Positions 7,324 through 13,999 of a DNA stretch of 13,999 nt are shown here, piece after piece. The stretch comes from a virus (Duplodnaviria > Heunggongvirae > Uroviricota > Caudoviricetes), in the IMG/VR virus record IMGVR_UViG_2700989510_000001, positions 1-13,999 of that record. One strand, given 5' to 3'. The position numbers were made by a program, and so were the translations under genes. Numbering within the stretch: the first letter of the stretch is position 1; the number at the start of each line of letters is the position of its first letter. Under the pieces are notes generated by a model that was not told where the DNA came from, searched no databases, and worked only from the letters and a program-made list of their open reading frames with translations.

Positions 7324-7352
7324 TTGACGGCAAAACTAAATATTCTTATATT
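7324..7352 (+). promoter_or_regulatory. candidate sigma70 promoter for the downstream moron
   Basis: TTGACG (7324-7329), 17-nt spacer, TATATT (7347-7352): near-consensus -35/-10 with optimal spacing, between the cI stop and the next rightward genes. Confidence 0.5.
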
Positions 7353-7528
7353 CATTGCAACCCACCCCGCTTCACAGAATGCAGGGCAATACTTCGAGTT
7401 ACCAGGCAGTGGTCAGGGGTTAAGTAGCCAGCCCGAGGCGTAAGAACATGACGGCAGGGTTCAACTTTAATAACTATGCAGCAGGTTTTTGTTCCGCTAC
7501 CCCGGCGTTAAGGGGAAATGAGGTCAGC

Positions 7529-7681
7529 ATGGATACTATCGATCTTGGCAACAACGAATCTCTGGTATGTGGCGTGTTTCCCAATCAGGACGGCACGTTT
7601 ACCGCGATGACGTATACCAGAAGCAAAACGTTTAAAACTGAAGCTGGCGCGCGTCGCTGGTTAGCCAGAAACACTGACTGA
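7529..7681 (+). CDS. small hypothetical protein (50 aa; 77 aa if started at 7448)
   Basis: ORF track gives 7448..7681. The ATG at 7529 has GAGG 5 nt upstream; the 7448 ATG has a poorer SD. Sequence ...GVFPNQDGTFTAMTYTRSKTFKTEAGARRWLARNTD. Stop TGA overlaps the downstream ORF. Confidence 0.5.
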   Translation: MDTIDLGNNESLVCGVFPNQDGTFTAMTYTRSKTFKTEAGARRWLARNTD

Positions 7682-7692
7682 TGAGGTTGACG

Positions 7693-8331
7693 ATGGAATT
7701 TAAAGATTTACCTCCTTCAATCCAGGAGATTGCAGCACACACACTTCGTCATCGTCTGAACGAACTTGAATTGGAATCGGTAACGAAAAAAGACACTGAT
7801 AATATGGCTCGTAATGTGCGCGATGCGTTTACCGGATTGTATTTCTGTGCGTCTATAAATAAACACGACTCAGAGAGTGTGGCAAATAAAATTGCAGAAA
7901 CGACAGCGCAAAACATCAATACGAAACCAACGGAAGAAGAAATTGATCAGTTTGCTCATGATGCTGGTTTAAAAAACAAGAAAGAAAAATCGCCATATGC
8001 GGGGAACATGTTTGTTTATGACAATCTCATCAGAATTCGTGGCGAAATTCCGGCGGAATACCTGGCAAGAGTCCATCAGGCATTGCTTAAAAATTTGGAA
8101 ACAGAATTATTTGATGGCAACACTAACGGTTTCTTCATGGTATCAGGCCTTGAGAAAGACTGGGATGCAGAAAAACGCTGGAATGTTGCTACATGGTTAT
8201 TCAGTAACAGAGCCGCTGCACTGGAAGCTTCGGCATGTATTTGCGGCCTGTTCTTAACAGACCACAAATATAATCTGGATGTGTACAGTTATATTTACGC
8301 TGAACACGGTCCACTCTGGATTGACTGGTAA
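7693..8331 (+). CDS. hypothetical protein, 212 aa, AT-rich moron gene in the rexAB-equivalent position
   Basis: ORF track starts at 7681 (ATG overlapping the upstream TGA); the ATG at 7693 has GAGG 6 nt upstream. AT-rich relative to flanks. No TM segment and no recognisable family. Co-oriented with and downstream of cI. Confidence 0.75.
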   Translation: MEFKDLPPSIQEIAAHTLRHRLNELELESVTKKDTDNMARNVRDAFTGLYFCASINKHDSESVANKIAETTAQNINTKPTEEEIDQFAHDAGLKNKKEKSPYAGNMFVYDNLIRIRGEIPAEYLARVHQALLKNLETELFDGNTNGFFMVSGLEKDWDAEKRWNVATWLFSNRAAALEASACICGLFLTDHKYNLDVYSYIYAEHGPLWIDW

Positions 8332-8541
8332 TTATAAGGAAACACCAGCAGGGCCGCGGCGACCAACAGAACGATTAAAATCAATAATGCCATTATAAAG
8401 GACATTATTTAATTTATCGTCGAATGCTGATTCTGTGAGCCTCAACTCTGAATGAGTTTTTAATAACCCTGATTGCCTGAGTTGATTTACCAGGCATTCA
8501 ATCTGTTTTTCAATAAGCGGATTTCTTTTTTTGTTTGGCAT
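8332..8541 (-). CDS. hypothetical small protein, 69 aa
   Basis: ORF track gives 8332..8553; the second ATG (8539-8541, MPNKKRNPLIEKQ...) is preceded by GGAGGATAAA. Its stop codon directly abuts the stop of the convergent 212-aa gene (TAATTA at 8329-8334). Confidence 0.5.
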   Translation of the reverse strand: MPNKKRNPLIEKQIECLVNQLRQSGLLKTHSELRLTESAFDDKLNNVLYNGIIDFNRSVGRRGPAGVSL

Positions 8542-8940
8542 TTTATCCTCCATTGAGGTTCTGGGTTAAAAATGGAGACCAACACGCTGTCACGTGTGGT
8601 CGTGCGCCGGACACGGATAAGAATCCGGTACTGACAGTTTACTGAAAGGATATTTCCCTGAAAAGTCAGGGCATAACGCGAAAGCGTACGGCGAAGCTCT
8701 TTCCCTTAGAAGGCTTGTCGTTAGATTTCTTCGAACGTGCGCTTCCGGTTGTGGCAATCCGCGAAATGGCGCGGCGGTAAGTATGGCGGGGTTATTCCTT
8801 CCCCATTGAGGACACCGGGTTGTCAGGTTGACCATACGCTTAAGTGACAACCCCGCTGCAACGCCCTCTGTTATCAATTTTCTGGTGACGTTTGGCGGTA
8901 TCAGTTTTACTCCGTGGCTGCTCTGCCGCCCTTTTTAAAG

Positions 8941-9088
8941 TGAATTTTGTGATGCGGTGAATGCGGCTCAGCGCACGCGGAACAGTTAAAACCAAAAACA
9001 GTGTTATGGGTGGATTCTCTGTATCCGGCGTTAATTGTTAACTGGTTAACGTCACCTGGAGGCACCAGGCACCGCATCACAAAATTCA
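8941..9088. repeat. perfect 19-bp inverted repeat pair flanking a 110-bp segment
   Basis: Left arm TGAATTTTGTGATGCGGTG (8941-8959); right arm CACCGCATCACAAAATTCA (9070-9088), its exact reverse complement. The match does not extend on either side. The right arm ends 17 nt before the ATG at 9106. Confidence 0.6.
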
Positions 9089-9105
9089 TTGTTGAGGACG
9101 CGATA

Positions 9106-9294
9106 ATGGAAACGTTATTACCAAACGTTAATACGTCTGAAGGTTGTTTTGATATTGGTGTTCTGCTCAGTAACCGGGAGTTTACTGAAGATGCCATTAA
9201 TATGAGGAAATATGAGCCTTATCTGCTCAATGATAATTCCATACTTTCCCGAATTGCTCTTCTTGAACTTGGTATTTTCGGAGAACGTCAATGA
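9106..9294 (+). CDS. small hypothetical protein, 62 aa (kil position of early-left operon)
   Basis: ATG at 9106 with GAGGA SD (ORF track frame begins at 9001). Stop overlaps the next ATG (ATGA at 9291-9294). First gene after the ORF-poor region and upstream of the exonuclease. Confidence 0.5.
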   Translation: METLLPNVNTSEGCFDIGVLLSNREFTEDAINMRKYEPYLLNDNSILSRIALLELGIFGERQ

Positions 9295-9461
9295 CTTCAG
9301 CATTTGCACTGATGATGACGGTTTTTCTTATAACGGGTGAATCACAGAATGTGATTACCGGAATTTATGCCAGTAAAGAATCCTGCCTCCAGGCAAGAGA
9401 CGAGCAAAAAATTTCTGGTGAATGCCTCCCGGTAAAAAAAAGTATCGCTGTACCTGAATAA
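9291..9461 (+). CDS. small hypothetical protein, 56 aa, hydrophobic N-terminus
   Basis: Hand translation MTSAFALMMTVFLITGESQNVITGIYASKESCLQARDEQKISGECLPVKKSIAVPE, TAA at 9459-9461. Translationally coupled (ATGA) to the upstream ORF. Below the ORF-track size cutoff. Confidence 0.5.
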   Translation: MTSAFALMMTVFLITGESQNVITGIYASKESCLQARDEQKISGECLPVKKSIAVPE

Positions 9462-9572
9462 CGAAACACCGGCTGGATAACCCTCCAGCCATATTAACAC
9501 CATACCAACGGATTAAAAATGCCAGCAATGGCAGGGATTTGTTCACCCTTAAATCTGTAATGAGGTTTATCA

Positions 9573-12032
9573 ATGAGCACTGATAAAGAAGAATTTGCGC
9601 TATATTGCGAAGCAAAAAATGACAAAGTCAGAAAACGTCTGGGAATTAAAGGTGGTTTTTACTGGACTACAGCAAAAAAATTATCTGTTGCCATCTCCCG
9701 CTGCATTACCGCAATGGATGACAACGATTATGATGAAGACGACTTTAAAAAACCCGTTCGCGTCCATTTACCCGTTGTGAATGACCTTCCACCTGAAGGC
9801 GTGTTTGATACCGAATTCTGCAACCGATACGAAAAAGGCGGGGAAGATGGCATTACAATGGTATTTATCGCGCCCTCTCCCTCCGTGCAGGAGAAACCAG
9901 CCAGTACTGACAATACCAACGTCAACGGCGAAGACATGACGGAGATTGAGGAGAATATGCTCCTGCCGGTTTCTGGTCAGGAGCTGCCCATTCGCTGGCT
10001 TGCGCAACACGGCAGCGAAAAACCAGTAACGCACGTTGCACGGGAAGAACTTCAGGCATTACATATAGCACGGGCGGAAGAACTGCCGGCTGTTACTGCC
10101 CTGGCCATTTCCCACAACACAAAGCTGCTCGACCCGCTGGAGATTCGCGACCTTCATAAACTGGCACGCGACACTGACAAAGTTTTCCCTAATCCCGGTA
10201 ATTCAGACCTGGGACTGATAACTGCTTTTTTCGAGGCATACCTGGACGCTGACTACACTGATCGGGGTCTGCTGACAAAAGAGTGGATGAAAGGAAATCG
10301 TGTTTCGCGTATCACCCGTACGGCTTCCGGTGCAAATGCCGGTGGCGGGAACAAAACCGATCGCAATCCGAATTTAGTACACACCTTCGATACGCTGGAT
10401 GTGGAGATTGCAGCAGCCACACTTCCGATGGATTTTAATATTTATGAAATTCCGGGCAGCGTTTATCGTCGCGCAAAAGAAATCGTCCTGAAAAGAGAAA
10501 GTCCGTTCAAAGAATGGTCCGCAGCACTTCGCGCAACCCCGGGTATTCTGGACTATTCCCGCGCCGCTATTTTTGCACTTATCCGGAGCGCTCACCCTGA
10601 GTTTTATCACTACCCGGGACGCCTTCAGGGGTATATCAACGCCTACTTAACGGAGACTGATCACGAGAACCCCAGCAAGGAAACTCTCACTGCTGCACGA
10701 CATACACCGGAAAAAGATATCCTGGAAGAAGTTAACCGCGAACTGGCTGCTAAGCAGGAAACAGAAGAAGAAAATGATGAAGAAAAACCGCAACCATCTT
10801 GCGCAATGGCAGATGAACAGGCAACGGCTGAAACAGTGGAACCGGATGCAACTGAACATCATCAGGACACGCAGCCGCTGGATGCTCAGTCACAGGTAAA
10901 TTCTGTTGATGCGAAATATCAGAAACTGCGGGCAGAACTCCATGAAGCCCGGAAAAACATTCCGCCCCAAAATCCTGTCGATGCAGACAAATTACTGGCT
11001 GCCTCTCGCGGAGAATTTGTTGAAGGGATTAGCGACCCGAATGATCCGAAATGGATTAAGGGGATCCAGACCCGCGATTCTGTGTACCAGAATCAGCCAG
11101 AAACGGAACAGAACGACCAGAAAGCGGAACAGAACAGCCCAAATACGCAACAAAACGAGCCAGAAACGAAACAACCTGAACCAGTAGTGCAACAGGAACC
11201 GGAAAAGATCTGCACCACCTGCGGTCAGACCGGCGGCGGCAACTGCCCTGATTGTGGCGCGGTGATGGGCGACGCAACATACCAGGAAACATTCGATGAC
11301 AAGAACCTGGTTGAAGTTCAGGAAGACGATTCGGAGAAAATGGAAGGCGCTGAACATCCACACAAGGAGAATGCTGGCAGCGCTCAGGACCACGCCAGCG
11401 ATAGTGAAACTGGCGAGACGGCAGATCCCTTAATTACGGTGAACGGTCATCACGTTATCACATCCACCAGCAGGACGTGTGACCATCTAATGATCGACCT
11501 TGAAACCATGGGAAAAAATCCTGATGCCCCGATTATCTCAATAGGTGCAATATTTTTCGATCCGCAAACCGGAGATATGGGACCGGAATTTAGTAAGACT
11601 ATCGATCTGGAAACTGCTGGCGGAGTCATTGATCGGGACACCATTAAATGGTGGCTTAAGCAATCACGCGAAGCGCAATCTGCCATTATGACCGATGAAA
11701 TCCCGTTAGATGATGCACTGTTACAATTGCGGGAATTTATCGACGAAAACTCCGGTGAATTCTTTGTTCAGGTCTGGGGAAATGGAGCCAACTTCGACAA
11801 CACGATTTTGCGCCGTTCATACGAACGGCAGGGGATCCCCTGCCCGTGGCGTTACTACAACGATCGCGATGTGCGCACAATCGTTGAGCTGGGGAAAGCC
11901 ATAGACTTCGATGCCAGAACGGCTATTCCATTCGAAGGTGAGCGCCATAATGCACTTGATGACGCCCGTTACCAGGCAAAATACGTTTCAGTTATCTGGC
12001 AAAAACTGATCCCGAGTCAGGCTGATTCTTAA
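9573..12032 (+). CDS. prophage exonuclease: RecE-like N-terminal region + zinc ribbon + C-terminal DnaQ-like DEDDh 3'-5' exonuclease domain
   Basis: 819-aa ORF with GAGGT SD. N-terminal blocks ([70 protein letters not shown]) match what I recall of the RecE (exodeoxyribonuclease VIII) N-terminal region. [16 protein letters not shown] is a zinc-ribbon-like motif. C-terminus carries DEDDh motifs: MIDLETMG (D-x-E), [12 protein letters not shown] (D), HNALDDARY (H-x3-D). Confidence 0.9.
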   Translation: MSTDKEEFALYCEAKNDKVRKRLGIKGGFYWTTAKKLSVAISRCITAMDDNDYDEDDFKKPVRVHLPVVNDLPPEGVFDTEFCNRYEKGGEDGITMVFIAPSPSVQEKPASTDNTNVNGEDMTEIEENMLLPVSGQELPIRWLAQHGSEKPVTHVAREELQALHIARAEELPAVTALAISHNTKLLDPLEIRDLHKLARDTDKVFPNPGNSDLGLITAFFEAYLDADYTDRGLLTKEWMKGNRVSRITRTASGANAGGGNKTDRNPNLVHTFDTLDVEIAAATLPMDFNIYEIPGSVYRRAKEIVLKRESPFKEWSAALRATPGILDYSRAAIFALIRSAHPEFYHYPGRLQGYINAYLTETDHENPSKETLTAARHTPEKDILEEVNRELAAKQETEEENDEEKPQPSCAMADEQATAETVEPDATEHHQDTQPLDAQSQVNSVDAKYQKLRAELHEARKNIPPQNPVDADKLLAASRGEFVEGISDPNDPKWIKGIQTRDSVYQNQPETEQNDQKAEQNSPNTQQNEPETKQPEPVVQQEPEKICTTCGQTGGGNCPDCGAVMGDATYQETFDDKNLVEVQEDDSEKMEGAEHPHKENAGSAQDHASDSETGETADPLITVNGHHVITSTSRTCDHLMIDLETMGKNPDAPIISIGAIFFDPQTGDMGPEFSKTIDLETAGGVIDRDTIKWWLKQSREAQSAIMTDEIPLDDALLQLREFIDENSGEFFVQVWGNGANFDNTILRRSYERQGIPCPWRYYNDRDVRTIVELGKAIDFDARTAIPFEGERHNALDDARYQAKYVSVIWQKLIPSQADS

Positions 12033-12042
12033 TGTTCAACTG

Positions 12043-12074
12043 TCGCCGGTTGTGACTGGTATTCTGCAACCGGC
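12043..12074 (+). other. 9-bp-stem hairpin between exonuclease and excisionase genes
   Basis: CGCCGGTTG (12043-12051) / CAACCGGCG (12066-12074), perfect 9-bp inverted repeat with 14-nt loop; no downstream U-tract. Confidence 0.3.
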
Positions 12075-12104
12075 GCTCGTCTGATGTAAGAGATAAAGAA
12101 AGCG

Positions 12105-12356
12105 ATGAGCGAAGTAATCATGATTGTCTCTCCCGGCAAATGGGTATCCGAAGAGCAGTTAATTGCGCTGAAAGGAATAAAAAAAGGTACGTTAAAAAAG
12201 GCCCGGGAAAAATCGTTTATGGAAGGAAGGGAATATAAGCATGTCGCTCATGACGGTATGCCATGGGATAACAGTCCATGCTTTTACAACCTGGAAGAAA
12301 TTGATCGCTGGATTGAGCGCCAGGCATCTGCAAGACCAAGACGTCATCTTGCTTGA
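12105..12356 (+). CDS. xis: excisionase-like protein
   Basis: 83-aa ORF immediately upstream of the integrase on the same strand. Contains a GREY motif reminiscent of lambda Xis (DGREY). Start could also be the ATG at 12120. Confidence 0.65.
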   Translation: MSEVIMIVSPGKWVSEEQLIALKGIKKGTLKKAREKSFMEGREYKHVAHDGMPWDNSPCFYNLEEIDRWIERQASARPRRHLA

Positions 12357-12390
12357 CTAAAAGCAACACGAACCAATGAGAGAAGCTGAA

Positions 12391-13671
12391 ATGAAATATC
12401 CGACAGGCGTGGAAAACCATGGAGGGAAATTACGTATCTGGTTTGTTTATAAAGGTGTAAGAGTCCGGGAAAATCTTGGGGTTCCTGACACAGCAAAAAA
12501 CAGGCGCATTGCAGGTGAGCTACGCGCCTCTGTTTGTTACGCAATAAAAACTGGCGCTTTCGACTATGCAAAACAGTTTCCCGCCTCACACAATCTGGAA
12601 AAATTTGGTGAGGCCCGACAAGATTTAACCATAAAAGAACTGGCTGAAAAATTTCTGGCACTGAAAGAAACTGAAGTCGCAAAAACGTCACTCAACACGT
12701 ACCGTGCCGTCATCAAAAATATTCTGAGCATAATCGGTGAAAAAAATCTTGCATCATCGATTAATAAAGAAAAATTGCTGGCGGTACGTAAAGAGTTACT
12801 GACTGGATACCAGATCCCCAAAAGTAACTATATTGTTACACAACCAGGGAGATCGGCTGTTACCGTAAATAATTACATGACAAATCTTTACGCCGTGTTC
12901 CAGTTTGGTGTTGATAACGGTTATCTGGCAGACAATCCATTTAAGGGGATCTCACCATTAAAGGGGTCGAGAACCATCCCGGATCCACTTTCGCGGGAGG
13001 AGTTTATCCGCCTTATTGACGCGTGCAGAAATCAGCAAGCCAAAAATTTATGGTGTGTTTCCGTTTATACTGGGATTCGCCCTGGTGAACTCTGTGCGCT
13101 TGGATGGGAAGATATAGATCTGAAAAATGGAACAATGATAATCAGAAGAAATCTGGCAAAAGACCGTTTTACAGTACCAAAAACACAGGCGGGAACCAAT
13201 CGTGTGATTCACCTTATTAAGCCCGCAATCGACGCTCTCCGGAGTCAGATGGCACTAACGAGACTGAGCAAAGAGCATATCATCGATGTTCACCTCAGAG
13301 AATTCGGCAGAACAGAGAAACAAAAATGTACCTTTGTTTTTCAACCTGAAGTGTCAGCGAAAGTAAAAAATTATGGTGACCATTTTACCGTTGACTCAAT
13401 AAGGCAGATGTGGGACGCAGCGGTAAAGCGTGCCGGAATCCGCCATCGCAAATCGTATCAGTCGAGACACACTTATGCCTGCTGGTCGTTAACAGCAGGA
13501 GCTAACCCGGCATTCATTGCAAACCAGATGGGCCATGCAGATGCGCAAATGGTGTTTCAGGTGTACGGGAAATGGATGTCAGAAAATAATAATGCGCAGG
13601 TAACGCTGTTAAATACACAGTTAAGCGAGTTTGCCCCAACCATGCCCCATAACGAAGCGATGAAAAGTTAA
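12391..13671 (+). CDS. int: tyrosine site-specific integrase (lambdoid/Rac-type)
   Basis: ORF track starts at 12376; the ATG at 12391 (MKYPTGVENHGGKLRIWF...) has a GAGAAG SD-like element and matches the N-terminus I recall for Rac-type integrases. C-terminal catalytic box ...RHTYACWSLTAGANPAFIANQMGHADAQMVFQVYGKW (R, H-x-x-R, H, Y). Confidence 0.9.
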   Translation: MKYPTGVENHGGKLRIWFVYKGVRVRENLGVPDTAKNRRIAGELRASVCYAIKTGAFDYAKQFPASHNLEKFGEARQDLTIKELAEKFLALKETEVAKTSLNTYRAVIKNILSIIGEKNLASSINKEKLLAVRKELLTGYQIPKSNYIVTQPGRSAVTVNNYMTNLYAVFQFGVDNGYLADNPFKGISPLKGSRTIPDPLSREEFIRLIDACRNQQAKNLWCVSVYTGIRPGELCALGWEDIDLKNGTMIIRRNLAKDRFTVPKTQAGTNRVIHLIKPAIDALRSQMALTRLSKEHIIDVHLREFGRTEKQKCTFVFQPEVSAKVKNYGDHFTVDSIRQMWDAAVKRAGIRHRKSYQSRHTYACWSLTAGANPAFIANQMGHADAQMVFQVYGKWMSENNNAQVTLLNTQLSEFAPTMPHNEAMKS

Positions 13672-13814
13672 TTTTTTATTTATCAATTAGTTAGATTGAA
13701 TGACTCTTGAAATCCATAAATTCAAGCGCAGTGCCCAGCCATCCCGATACTGCTGCTTTCACCAAATCCTTAGTGCTTCTTTCATGTTTTTCTATTGTCA
13801 TAATGGTTATCTCT

Positions 13815-13882
13815 AAAAAAGAGGTAAGAAGCGTACTACTTACTCGCCGTTATTGGTATTATTCAGAAAAAGGTAAGCGTAC
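13815..13882. repeat. direct repeats AAAAAGGTAAG(AA)GCGTAC downstream of int; candidate integrase arm-type sites in the att region
   Basis: aaaaaagaGGTAAGaaGCGTAC (13815-13836) and agaaaaaGGTAAGCGTAC (13865-13882), about 50 bp apart, then a short palindrome GTCTGGTCAGAATCTGAC (13893-13910). Function inferred from position only. Confidence 0.35.
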
Positions 13883-13999
13883 AGCCTGAACCGTCTGGTC
13901 AGAATCTGACGAATTAGACAAAGTGGTGTCCACCAAATAAGTAGTGGGAACCAAAGTGTCAGATATGCAGAAAAATGTGACTCCCGGCAGGCGAAAAGG

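Noticed and set aside
7448-7528. The longer 77-aa form of the small cI-downstream ORF
   Set aside because: The 7448 ATG has a poorly spaced SD, whereas the 7529 ATG has GAGG at 5 nt. The shorter form is reported and the longer kept as an alternative.
8590-9197. Minus-strand ORFs 8590-8877 (95 aa) and 8907-9197 (96 aa) in the ORF-poor region
   Set aside because: No SD, and Pro/Arg/Ser-rich composition typical of translated non-coding GC-rich DNA. The second overlaps the well-supported 9106-9294 plus-strand gene. Treated as non-coding, though a decayed pseudogene cannot be excluded.
9595-11904. Internal and antisense ORFs within the 819-aa exonuclease gene (9595-9780, 9728-9937, 9768-10034, 10374-10610, 10647-10862, 10906-11187, 10992-11393, 11056-11361, 11450-11686, 11710-11904)
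   Set aside because: All are contained in the long continuous ORF that has recognisable motifs throughout; they are shadow frames.
13707-13889. 60-aa plus-strand ORF downstream of int
   Set aside because: No SD, and it lies in the repeat-containing putative att region. More likely non-coding.
13672-13999. A tRNA or tmRNA gene as integration target next to int
   Set aside because: I could not find a T-arm (GTTCRANYC) or acceptor-stem pattern in the flank, so no tRNA is called.

Overview
This window reads as the early/immunity region of a lambdoid (Rac-like) prophage, ending at its integrase-proximal boundary. All calls rest on reading the six-frame translations and the DNA by eye; no database search was run, so family names are recollections to be confirmed. 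From left to right: a Hok/Gef type I toxin gene and a tiny hydrophobic peptide ORF; a leftward, tightly coupled accessory cluster (DUF551-like, Ead/Ea22-like, zinc-ribbon, DUF4406-like, winged-helix proteins); leftward replication genes (lambda-P-like loader, and an O-like initiator with a DnaT-like C-terminus and two embedded iteron arrays); a CII/YdaT-like gene and a Cro-like gene; a divergent operator region; a rightward cI-like HTH + S24 peptidase repressor; an AT-rich two-gene moron with its own promoter in the rexAB-equivalent slot; a convergent 69-aa gene; a ~550 bp ORF-poor, GC-rich, repeat-rich region; two small kil-position ORFs; an 819-aa exonuclease (RecE-like N-terminus fused to a DnaQ-like DEDDh domain); excisionase; tyrosine integrase; and a repeat-bearing putative att region. 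The most promising candidates for something undescribed are the cI-downstream moron (7255-8331) and the adjacent structured non-coding region (8542-9105).
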